From NCBI GenBank assembly GCA_963792585.1, contig CAWBWI010000001.1, positions 160,001 to 224,000 on the forward strand: a stretch of DNA of 64,000 bases, given 5' to 3'. Below the pieces are notes generated by a model. It was not told where the DNA came from. It worked only from the letters and a program-made list of their open reading frames with translations, and made no database searches. How positions within the stretch are numbered: position 1 is the first letter of the stretch; each line of letters starts with the position of its first letter. A program made the position numbers and the translations under genes. Shown here piece by piece: positions 19,573-28,094 of the stretch. Source of the stretch: Candidatus Eiseniibacteriota bacterium. Lineage in GTDB: Bacteria; Eisenbacteria; RBG-16-71-46; CAIMUX01; VGJL01.

Positions 19573-20169
19573 ATGGAGACCGAGATCAAGATCACCGGAA
19601 TGCCGTCTGCGGGAGAGCCCGAGCGCTGCGCTTTCGTCGTGAGCCAGCCGCTCTTCGCGGATAGATCCTTCTACTTCTCGAACGTGGAACAGGCGAAGGG
19701 CTCCCCGCTGGTCGAGCGCCTCTTCGCCATCAACGGAGTCGCATCGGTTCTCGTGGCGCACGACACGGTGACGGTCGTCAAGTCGACCCCGGACCCGTGG
19801 CCGGCGATCGGGAAACAGATCGGCGCCGCGATTCGGGAGACGATCGCTTCGGGCGCTCCTCCGGTGGCCCCCGAAATCCTGCGCGACGTCCCACCGGAAT
19901 CGGTCCTTCGCGAGATCGTCCAGCAGTTGCTCGACACGGAGATCAATCCCGCGCTCGGGGGCCATGGAGGCTTCGTCGAGCTGATCGACGTCAAAGAGAA
20001 CAACCTCTTCATGAGGATGGGCGGCGGTTGCCAGGGGTGCGGGATGGCGAAGGCGACCCTCCGCGGGGGGATCGAGAAGCTCATCCGCGAGGTCGTTCCG
20101 GCGGTGGGAGAGATCCTCGATGTCACCGACCATGCATCGGGCCGGAATCCCTACTACGAACGCGCCTGA
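19573..20169 (+). CDS. NifU/Nfu-type Fe-S carrier protein (Nfu_N + NifU domain)
   Basis: SPLVERLFAINGV; INPALGGHGGFVEL...GGCQGC; DVTDHASGRNPYY. Extended -10 TGcTATGCT at 19508-19516. Confidence 0.9.
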   Translation: METEIKITGMPSAGEPERCAFVVSQPLFADRSFYFSNVEQAKGSPLVERLFAINGVASVLVAHDTVTVVKSTPDPWPAIGKQIGAAIRETIASGAPPVAPEILRDVPPESVLREIVQQLLDTEINPALGGHGGFVELIDVKENNLFMRMGGGCQGCGMAKATLRGGIEKLIREVVPAVGEILDVTDHASGRNPYYERA

Positions 20170-20230
20170 TCCAACAGGCGACCCCTCGAGAAGCGCCCCG
20201 AGGGCAGGCTCCTCGGCGGCAGACGCCCCG

Positions 20231-20992
20231 GTGGCGCGCGGTCGTCGCGATCCCGCCGACTGGGAGGAGATGCTCCCGACGGCCTCCTGGCCCCGCCGTC
20301 GAGAGGCCCTGCGAGATCTCTTCGAGGCGATCGCGCCGACCTACGACCGCCTGAATCGCTGGATGAGCTTTGGGATCGACCAGCTCTGGCGCGCCCGGGC
20401 CGCCCGCGAGGCAGTCGCGGCGAACGGCGCTTCCACCATCCTCGACCTGGCCTCGGGCACCGGGGACCAGGCCGCGGCGCTCCAGAAGCGCGCGCCCGAT
20501 GCCCGCGTGGTGCGGCTCGACCTTTCCGATCCGCTCCTCCGGCGGGCGGAGGGGAAGCTGCGTTCCGGGGCGATCGCCCCTCCGCTGGTCGCCGAAATGG
20601 AGGCGCTTCCCCTGCGTCCGGCGACATTCGACGCGGTCACGATGGCCTATGCCCTGCGTCACGTAGAGAGCCTCGATCGCCTCATGGAGTCGTGCGCTCG
20701 GGTCCTGCGCCCGGGCGGGATCGTCTCCTTCGTCGACATGTCTCTCCCGGAACGCGGTCTCTGGGGGGGCCTCTATCGCTTCTACTTCCGCCGCATCCTG
20801 CCCCGCTTCGCCGCCCTCCTTGGCGGGCCGCGCCCGGCCTACGAACTGATGGTGCGTTCCGTCGAGTCGTTTCCCGGCTGGCAACGGCTCGAGGCGGCCG
20901 CCCGATCGGCCGGATTCACGGAGGTTCGCGTCATCCGTCTAACTGGAGGCGCGGCCAGCATTTTCACCGCCCGCAAGCCCAGCCAGACCTAA
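20231..20992 (+). CDS. UbiE/MenG-family quinone biosynthesis methyltransferase (start uncertain, 20231 or 20270)
   Basis: FEAIAPTYDRLNRWMSFGIDQLWR, LDLASGTG, RVLRPGG. Confidence 0.85.
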   Translation: MARGRRDPADWEEMLPTASWPRRREALRDLFEAIAPTYDRLNRWMSFGIDQLWRARAAREAVAANGASTILDLASGTGDQAAALQKRAPDARVVRLDLSDPLLRRAEGKLRSGAIAPPLVAEMEALPLRPATFDAVTMAYALRHVESLDRLMESCARVLRPGGIVSFVDMSLPERGLWGGLYRFYFRRILPRFAALLGGPRPAYELMVRSVESFPGWQRLEAAARSAGFTEVRVIRLTGGAASIFTARKPSQT

Positions 20993-21020
20993 GAAATCGG
21001 CCGGTTCCCCGAGAAGAATC

Positions 21021-21049
21021 TTGACTTTCGCCGGCAATATTTATATATT
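21021..21049 (+). promoter_or_regulatory. Sigma70-type promoter of the cytochrome gene
   Basis: TTGACT-N17-TATATT in an AT-rich patch. Confidence 0.7.
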
Positions 21050-21223
21050 TTCCAGCAAATACGAGAATAGATGTATCAACGGCTGGGCTCGAGCCACAGC
21101 CAGGGCAGCGGGGATCACGGATATCCCATCGGGCGTCGCCCGATATCCAAATAGATGCGACGAACACGATCACCAGGGATGGGGGAACGGATCCCCCGAG
21201 GACTCCGAGCGCAGGAGGCTCCC

Positions 21224-22729
21224 ATGTCCGCGAGAAATCACCCGATCGCACACGCGGTCTTGATCGCCGTCACATTGGCGGTCGTTTGGATTCCCCTCCA
21301 TGCAACACCCGCCGCCGCGGCAACCGATGAGACGATGGAAAATCTGGCCCTCGGGCCGTACATCGTAATTGGCTGGAACGATCTCGGCATGCATTGCATG
21401 AACAGGACCTTCGCCGACCTGGCCGTGCTGCCGCCATTCAATACCTTCTGGGCGACGGTCATCAAGCGCGGCGACGCGACCCATCTCCCGCAGGTGATGG
21501 GGGCGCCGTACAGCGTCGAGTACCGAATCGAAGACAATACGTACTCCGTCGGCAAGACGGACTTCTGGAGCTACGAGAACCAGCTCTTCGGGATCAACTT
21601 GCCCGACAACGTGGGATTGGCCGGATTCGGCCTCACCGGCTCCATGGCCTGGACGACCGACCACTTCCAGGCGACCGGAGTTCCGGTCACGCCGTGGACC
21701 GACACCAATCTCATCACCGAGCAGCCCTTCCAGCTGGGTTGGCTGGACGCGAAGGACGGATCGAACAACGTGATCGCCTCGACGGAGATCGTCGTTCCGG
21801 TCAGTACCGAGATGACCTGCAACGCCTGCCACCACCCGAACGTGGGGGAGACGGTGGAGCACGCCATCCTCCGCCGCCACGACGCCGAGGAAGGGACGAA
21901 TCTGGTCAACAGCCGCCCGGTCCTCTGCGCGAACTGCCACGGATCGAACGCCCTCGGCATGCCCGGCAATCCGGAACTGCCGAGCCTGTCCGAAGCGATG
22001 CACGAGCAGCACGCCGAAGAAACCAACGACTGCTACACGTGCCACCCCGGCCCGAACACGCAGTGCCTTCGCGACGTCATGTCCACGCAGCACGGCATGA
22101 CCTGCCAGGATTGCCACGGCAGCGTTCTCGACGTGGCGACCTCCATCGAGAACGGGCGCGAGCCATGGCTCGAGGAGCCGCGTTGCGGAGACTGCCACGG
22201 CGCCGGCCACGCGGAGCAGCCGAATACCCTCTTCCGCAATTCGAGGGGTCACGGCGGGCTCTACTGCGAGACGTGTCACAGCAGCCCCCACGCGATCCTT
22301 CCCTCGCGCGAGGAGCGGGACAACCGTCAGAATGTCAACCTGCAGGGCTTCGCCGGAACCCTCCGGGATTGCAAGGTCTGCCACGGGATCACGCCTCCCT
22401 CCGGCGGGCCGCACGGATATTGGCCGACCGACGCGGCGGACGCCGGGACCGGTGGCGCCTCGTTGGTCGCCAGCCCCAACCCGCTCCGCTCGACGACCGA
22501 GATCCGCTATCGGGTGGTCGATGGCAATCCGATCCTCTTGACGGTCTACGACGCAACCGGTCGCGCGGTCCGCACCCTCACCCGCAGCGCCCAGACCCCG
22601 GGAGAGCACACGCTCGTGTGGAACGGAAAGGATGACGAGGGACGCGCCGCCGCGGCGGGCGTCTACTACTGCAAGCTCGAGACCGGCGGGAGGAGCGCCT
22701 CGACCAAGATCGTGAAGCTCGACCGCTAG
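21224..22729 (+). CDS. Secreted multiheme (7 CxxCH) cytochrome c with FlgD-Ig/CTD tail
   Basis: Signal peptide; WNDLGMHC; CNACH, CANCH, CYTCH, CQDCH, CGDCH, CETCH, CKVCH; tail PNP...YDATGRAVR...WNGKDDEG...GVY. Confidence 0.9.
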   Translation: MSARNHPIAHAVLIAVTLAVVWIPLHATPAAAATDETMENLALGPYIVIGWNDLGMHCMNRTFADLAVLPPFNTFWATVIKRGDATHLPQVMGAPYSVEYRIEDNTYSVGKTDFWSYENQLFGINLPDNVGLAGFGLTGSMAWTTDHFQATGVPVTPWTDTNLITEQPFQLGWLDAKDGSNNVIASTEIVVPVSTEMTCNACHHPNVGETVEHAILRRHDAEEGTNLVNSRPVLCANCHGSNALGMPGNPELPSLSEAMHEQHAEETNDCYTCHPGPNTQCLRDVMSTQHGMTCQDCHGSVLDVATSIENGREPWLEEPRCGDCHGAGHAEQPNTLFRNSRGHGGLYCETCHSSPHAILPSREERDNRQNVNLQGFAGTLRDCKVCHGITPPSGGPHGYWPTDAADAGTGGASLVASPNPLRSTTEIRYRVVDGNPILLTVYDATGRAVRTLTRSAQTPGEHTLVWNGKDDEGRAAAAGVYYCKLETGGRSASTKIVKLDR

Positions 22730-22807
22730 AATCCCGCGAAATCGACCGCAACATTCCACCCGCCCGGCGCCGTGCATCGGGCGGGTGGTCGCGTAAGGGC
22801 GAAAGCC

Positions 22808-23842
22808 TCAGGCGGCGAAGCCCCGGAGCACGACCTTTCCGAAAGCGCTTCGACTCTCGAGATAGGCGTGAGCCGCCGGCGCCTCCTCCATCGGGAAGAT
22901 CCGATCGACCACCGGCCGGATCGCGCCGGAGGCGATGAAGCGCATCGCCTCGGTCAGTTCGCCCCGCCCTCCCATGGTCGAGCCCAGGAGCGAGAGGCCC
23001 TTGAAGAGGAGGCGCAGGTCGAGCGAAACCTGCGGCCCCGAGGTCGCCCCGCAGGTCACCAGGCGCCCCCCCTTGGCCAGCGACCGCACGCTCCGCTCCC
23101 ACGTGTCCGCGCCGACGTGCTCGATGACGACGTCGACGCCCCGTTTTCCCGTCATCCGGCGCACCTCATCCAGAAAGTCCACCTCGCGATGCTGGATCGC
23201 CGTCTCCGCTCCCAGCGTGAGGGCGCGCGCCGCCTTTTCCGGGCTTCCCGCCGTCGCGATGACTCGCGCTCCGATCAGCCGCGCGATCTGGATCGCCATG
23301 ACACCGACGCCGCTGCCCGCTGCGTGAACGAGGATCGTCTCGCCCGCGCGCAATTGGGCCCGCGCGACGATCATGTGCCATGCGGTGAGGAGGGTCAGCG
23401 GAACGCTCGCCGCCTCCTCGATCGTCAGGTTCTCCGGGCGCGGCAGCAGGTGGGTGGCGGGGATGACGAGGCGCTCCGCGCAAGAGCCGTCGCGCGTCTC
23501 GCCGAGGATCCCGTAGAAGCGGCAGAGATGGTCGCGCCCGCTCTGGCACTCGAAGCAGGCGCCGCACCCGATCCCCGGCGCGGCGACGACCTCGGCGCCG
23601 ATCTCGATCCCGCGCACGCCCGGGCCGATGGCCGTGACCGTTCCGGCCGCGTCGCATCCCGGCGTCATCGGCAGGGGGTAGCGGTGACCGGGGACTCCGC
23701 GGCGAACCCATAGGTCGAGGTGGTTCATCCCCGCGGCCGCCACCCGGATCACGGCCTCGCCGGGACCGGGAGCGGGATCGGGGAGTTCCTCGAGCCGCAG
23801 GATCGACGGGGGACCATGTTCGGGAATCCTCCAGGCGCGCAT
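22808..23842 (-). CDS. Zinc-binding MDR family dehydrogenase/oxidoreductase
   Basis: NHLDLWVRRG, CGACFECQSGRDHLC, AAGSGVG, GRLVTCGATSG, FGKVVL. Confidence 0.9.
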   Translation of the reverse strand: MRAWRIPEHGPPSILRLEELPDPAPGPGEAVIRVAAAGMNHLDLWVRRGVPGHRYPLPMTPGCDAAGTVTAIGPGVRGIEIGAEVVAAPGIGCGACFECQSGRDHLCRFYGILGETRDGSCAERLVIPATHLLPRPENLTIEEAASVPLTLLTAWHMIVARAQLRAGETILVHAAGSGVGVMAIQIARLIGARVIATAGSPEKAARALTLGAETAIQHREVDFLDEVRRMTGKRGVDVVIEHVGADTWERSVRSLAKGGRLVTCGATSGPQVSLDLRLLFKGLSLLGSTMGGRGELTEAMRFIASGAIRPVVDRIFPMEEAPAAHAYLESRSAFGKVVLRGFAA

Positions 23843-23977
23843 CGTTCCATCCTTTCGACGGCGGGCCGAGCTTCCGCATGCGGGGCGGATCGAATGATCG
23901 AACCTAACAACCGCTCCCTGGCCGCACAAGGCCCGGTTGCGGCGGCAGGGGCTATGCCGTAGATTCCGGAATCGCAT

Positions 23978-24841
23978 ATGGATGAAGCCCGCGAGCCGAT
24001 TGCCAGCGTCGTGATACCCGCCTTCAACGAGGAGGATGGGATCGAGGGCGTGGTGCGCCAGATCCAGGCCCTCCCCGGCGCGATCGAGCTGATCGTCGTT
24101 GACGATGGCTCGACGGATCGAACCGCGGAGCGGGCGGCCGCCGCCGGCGCGCGCGTTCTTCGCCATCCTCGCAACCGGGGCTACGGAGCCTCTTTGAAGA
24201 CCGGAATCCACGCCTCGCGGGCGCCGCGGATCGTCATCACCGATGCCGACGGCACCTATCCGAACGAGAGGATTCCGGAGCTGATCGCATTGCTGGATGT
24301 CAACGACATGGTCGTGGCGGCGCGCACGGGCGCCAAGGTCGCCATCCCCCTCGCGCGGCGACCCGCGAAATGGGCGCTCAACAAGCTCGCGAACTATCTC
24401 AGCGAGTCGAGGATTCCCGACCTGAACTCGGGGCTGCGCGCGTTCCGGCGGGAAAGCCTCCTGCCGTACCTCGGCATCCTCCCGTCGGGATTCTCCTTCA
24501 CGACGACGATCACGCTCGCGATGCACGTCAACGACCACTCCGTCAGCTATGTGCCGATCGACTACCACCAGCGGCAGGGCAAGTCGAAGATCCGGCCGTT
24601 GCAGGACACGGCGAACTTCGCGGCGTTGATCGTCCGGACGATTCTCTATTTCCGGCCGCTCAAGATCTTCCTGCCGCTCGCCGGCTTCTTCCTGCTCCTT
24701 GCGGCCGCGATCTTCGTCTACAGCTGGAAGTTCACGCCGAAGATCATGGACGCGTCGGTCACGATCACCCTGATGACCGCATTCCAGACGGCCATGATCG
24801 GGCTTCTGGCCGACCTGATCGACAAGCGGTCGCAAAGGTAG
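23978..24841 (+). CDS. Glycosyltransferase family 2 with two C-terminal TM helices
   Basis: VVIPAFNEE, VDDGSTD, NRGYGASLKTG, DADGTY. Confidence 0.92.
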   Translation: MDEAREPIASVVIPAFNEEDGIEGVVRQIQALPGAIELIVVDDGSTDRTAERAAAAGARVLRHPRNRGYGASLKTGIHASRAPRIVITDADGTYPNERIPELIALLDVNDMVVAARTGAKVAIPLARRPAKWALNKLANYLSESRIPDLNSGLRAFRRESLLPYLGILPSGFSFTTTITLAMHVNDHSVSYVPIDYHQRQGKSKIRPLQDTANFAALIVRTILYFRPLKIFLPLAGFFLLLAAAIFVYSWKFTPKIMDASVTITLMTAFQTAMIGLLADLIDKRSQR

Positions 24842-24844
24842 GCG

Positions 24845-25249
24845 ATGGTCGTCGGGCTGGGGATCGACCTCGTCGAGGTGGAGCGGGTCGCCCGTTCGGC
24901 CGAACGCTACGGGGACCGGTTCCTGCGCCGGATCTACCATCCCCGGGAACTGGAACAAACCCGTGGGGACCGGGTTCAGTACCTCGCCGCCCGTTTCGCC
25001 GTGAAGGAAGCCCTCTTCAAGGCTCTGGGGACGGGGTGGGCCCGCGGTATCCGGTGGGTGGATGTCGAGGTGCAGAACCTCGCATCGGGCCAGCCGATCC
25101 TGCTCCTGCATGGGGTGGCGGCCGAGCACGCCCGCTCCTTGGGGGCGGATCGATCTCACGTCACGATCACGCATACCGCCGGCCATGCTGCGGCGGTCGT
25201 GGTGCTCGAATCGACAGCCGGCGCTCCGGCGAGGGAAGGGAAGGAATGA
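24845..25249 (+). CDS. acpS: Holo-ACP synthase
   Basis: GLGIDLVEV, AARFAVKEALFKALGTG, VTITHT. Confidence 0.95.
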   Translation: MVVGLGIDLVEVERVARSAERYGDRFLRRIYHPRELEQTRGDRVQYLAARFAVKEALFKALGTGWARGIRWVDVEVQNLASGQPILLLHGVAAEHARSLGADRSHVTITHTAGHAAAVVVLESTAGAPAREGKE

Positions 25250-26232
25250 AGGCTCGAGCGATCCTCCTCACGATCCTGTTGCTTGCGGCGGGTTCGGCCT
25301 GGGCCCAGCAGGTGGTCCGGGAGAGGCCCCAGAGCCCCTACGCGAACTTCCCGCCGATTCCGCCCCTGGTCATGTACCAGGAGGTCCTGGGTTTCCGCTC
25401 CGAGATCGAGGGGATGATCGCGACGGCGAAGCCGACGATCACCCGCCCCGACAGCCTTGTGGCGTTGATCGATCGGCTCGTGACGGCGTGGGACCGATAT
25501 GGTGACTTCATGGATCGCGAGCACGGCGACTTTCCCAACATGTCCCGGAACCGACCCTACTGGCTGATCGCCACCGACGACGCGGCCGATACCCTCACCA
25601 CCCGCATGGGGTCCGTCCTCGCCTCGTACGTCAAAGCCAACCCCCAGGAGACGCTCGGAGCGGTGCGTGTCGAGTGGGAGGTCGGCGTGGAACAACTCGG
25701 CGTGCCCCGCAGCAAGCTCTTCGGGTTCCAGTTCGTCGAGCTGTCGCGTCGTGGGGCGGTCCTGCGCAAGGTCCTCGAGGAGAAGCACCCCGCAGACAAG
25801 GCCGAAGCTCGCGACGCCTACCTGCGATTCCTCTGGGACACGTACCAATTCTACGCACAGTTGCACTCGACCTGGTTCGATCGCAACACGCTGCGGATCG
25901 CTCAGGAGGATTGGATCGTCTATCGCTCGAAGGGGGCCTGCAAGGAAACGAAGTGGAAGATGATCACGGCATTGACCGCGGTCGGCGTCGACACTTCCAA
26001 CTTCGACCCGATGTCTGACAAGTTCATGCACCGCCTCCTGCTGTTCGATCCGGATTGCGGGGACACGCTCGACTTCGTGATGCCGCTGCCGCACTACAGG
26101 CTCATGGAGAAGGAACTGCAGAGGTTGACCCCGGCCCAGCAGGACAGCCTGATGAAGGGGATCTCCAAGGAGATGATCGAGCGGGGCAAGAGCCGGCCCG
26201 GCGCACCGTCGCCAGGAGTCAACACACGCTGA
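25246..26232 (+). CDS. Secreted hypothetical protein
   Basis: ATGA overlap with acpS; signal peptide MKARAILLTILLLAAGSAWA; codon style like its neighbours; no recognised family. Confidence 0.75.
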   Translation: MKARAILLTILLLAAGSAWAQQVVRERPQSPYANFPPIPPLVMYQEVLGFRSEIEGMIATAKPTITRPDSLVALIDRLVTAWDRYGDFMDREHGDFPNMSRNRPYWLIATDDAADTLTTRMGSVLASYVKANPQETLGAVRVEWEVGVEQLGVPRSKLFGFQFVELSRRGAVLRKVLEEKHPADKAEARDAYLRFLWDTYQFYAQLHSTWFDRNTLRIAQEDWIVYRSKGACKETKWKMITALTAVGVDTSNFDPMSDKFMHRLLLFDPDCGDTLDFVMPLPHYRLMEKELQRLTPAQQDSLMKGISKEMIERGKSRPGAPSPGVNTR

Positions 26233-27428
26233 GGCCTCGCGTCCTGGCGGTCCTGCCCGACCACCCTCATCCCGTCACGATGGGGGGCAGGGTACGAAAC
26301 CTGGCGATCCTGGAGGCGCTCGCCCCCCATTTCGACCTCGAGATCGTGACGCTGGTCCGCGATCCGCGACGGCTCGAGGATCCCGGCGCCGTCGCCCGGC
26401 TGGGGCGCTGGACGCCCGTACTGGCGGCCAACCGCCGCAGCATCTTCCACCGAATCCATGGCCAGCTCCGGTATCGGATCCGGGGGCGGGGCTGGGAGCG
26501 CGAGGCCTGGTTCCTTGGTTCTCCCGAACTCGCCCGGGTGGTCGCCACCGCAATGCGCGAGCGTCCTCCGCAGATCGTCCACAGCGCCTACTGGTTCACC
26601 TTGCGGCACCTTGGGGATCGCCCGCGGCCGCCCATCTGGGTCCTCGACACCCACGACGTCCAGTTCGAGCGCTGGGAACGCCTGCGCGGGAGGACGAATC
26701 CGATCGAGCGCGCGGCGGAAATCGCAGAACTCGCCCGGAACGATGTCGTGGTGGCGATCACCCCGCACGACGCGGAGGTCTTCCGGAGCGTGACCCCGCC
26801 GGGAGTCCGGATCGAGACGATCGGCATGGGCGTCGATCTCGCTCATTGGAGCCGCGAGGCGATCGGATCGCCCGCGCGCGGCTCGGCAGTCGCCTACTAC
26901 GGCTACATGGCGAACGAAGTGAACCGCCGCGCTGCGATCCATCTCTGCACCGAGATCCTGCCCGAGCTTCGCAAGAGGCGGCCCGACGCGACCGTGGTCG
27001 TGATCGGCGCCGACCCCGCGCCCGACGTGATGCGGCTCTCGCGGTTGCCCGGGGTGCGCGTGACCGGCGCGGTCGAGGATCCCCGTCCGCACCTGGCAGC
27101 CTGCGGTGTCTTCGCTCTCTCCCTTCGCGCGGCCAGCGGCCTTCGGAGCCGCGCATGCGAGGTGATGGCGCTCGACGTGCCGATCGTCGCCTACCCGGAG
27201 GCGCTTGAAGGGATGGGCTTCGAGCCGGACCGTGACTACGTGGAAGCGCGCGACCCGGCGGAGTTCGCGCAGCGCCTCGACGATCTCCTCGCGGATGCCA
27301 CCAAAGCCGCTGGAATCGCGGCTTCCGCGAAAGTGCAGGTCGCCGCGCGCTATGGCCGGGAATCGACCTACGGCCGCTTCGTCGGACTCTATCGCGAACT
27401 TTGCCGGTCGTCGGGGGTAATACGATGA
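26229..27428 (+). CDS. Glycosyltransferase family 4 (start probably CTG 26229; first ATG 26280)
   Basis: RVLAVLPDHPHPVTMGGRVR, DTHDV, LPGVRVTGAVED; GT-B pattern. Confidence 0.8.
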   Translation: MRPRVLAVLPDHPHPVTMGGRVRNLAILEALAPHFDLEIVTLVRDPRRLEDPGAVARLGRWTPVLAANRRSIFHRIHGQLRYRIRGRGWEREAWFLGSPELARVVATAMRERPPQIVHSAYWFTLRHLGDRPRPPIWVLDTHDVQFERWERLRGRTNPIERAAEIAELARNDVVVAITPHDAEVFRSVTPPGVRIETIGMGVDLAHWSREAIGSPARGSAVAYYGYMANEVNRRAAIHLCTEILPELRKRRPDATVVVIGADPAPDVMRLSRLPGVRVTGAVEDPRPHLAACGVFALSLRAASGLRSRACEVMALDVPIVAYPEALEGMGFEPDRDYVEARDPAEFAQRLDDLLADATKAAGIAASAKVQVAARYGRESTYGRFVGLYRELCRSSGVIR

Positions 27429-27457
27429 GACCCCGAGGGAAGCCCGCGGGGTCTCAT
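27425..27457. terminator. Hairpin between convergent GT4 and HU genes
   Basis: ATGAGACCCCG-AGGGAAGCCCG-CGGGGTCTCAT. Confidence 0.65.
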
Positions 27458-27476
27458 GTACTGACGAAGCGGGGTC

Positions 27477-27761
27477 CTACTTGGTCTTCTTCAGGACGGT
27501 TTCCTTGAGGTTCTTCGCGACGGTGAACTTGACGACCTTCTTGGCCGCGATCTTGATCTGCTCGCCGGTCTGCGGATTGCGACCGATGCGGGCCTTGCGA
27601 TTCAAGACCTTGAACTTGCCGAGACCCGTAAGGGGAACATCGCCCCCCTTCTTCAGGGTCTTCTCCACAACCATCGTGAGGCCATCGAGGAACAACTTCG
27701 CCTGCTTCTTCTCCAAGCCGCTTTCCTTGATAAGCGCCTCGACGAGCTGGGATTTGGTCAT
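27477..27761 (-). CDS. hup: HU family DNA-binding protein
   Basis: MTKSQLV...GLGKFKV...ARIGRNPQTGEQIKIAAKKVVKF; AAGGAGG SD. Confidence 0.95.
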   Translation of the reverse strand: MTKSQLVEALIKESGLEKKQAKLFLDGLTMVVEKTLKKGGDVPLTGLGKFKVLNRKARIGRNPQTGEQIKIAAKKVVKFTVAKNLKETVLKKTK

Positions 27762-27923
27762 GATTTCGATCCCTCCTTGGGTTCCCATGGATACTGTCTC
27801 GCAGGTTCGAGACCGCGTTCTGTTTAACACCGCCCACGCGCCGTGGCAACAGGATTCTTCGAAAAAGCCGCGAAAAATGCACCTCGGAGCGCTCCGGACG
27901 TGCGCGACACCAGGCGGGCCGCG

Positions 27924-27952
27924 TTGACTCCCCCCCGGTCGCAGGTTAGACT
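27924..27952 (+). promoter_or_regulatory. Sigma70-type promoter of the C25 peptidase gene
   Basis: TTGACT-N17-TAGACT. Confidence 0.6.
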
Positions 27953-28094
27953 TCGCTCCAGGATCTCCGGGCGGACACTTGGGTCCGCGGCGGGGATCGG
28001 CGGCCGATACGTCTCGTCATTCCGACCCCGGCGGCATGGACATGCGGCCGGGATTGCGCCGCGACCTCCGCGGCGCCGGTACCGAGGAGGTCCG

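Noticed and set aside
20178..20240. Degenerate 15-nt periodicity before the UbiE-like gene
   Set aside because: Too divergent and GC-rich to distinguish from low-complexity chance.
21055..21223. c-di-GMP-I-like fragments in the cytochrome leader
   Set aside because: Only GCAAA and CAGCGGGG resemble it; the GNRA-capped P2 and GACGCAAAG core are missing.
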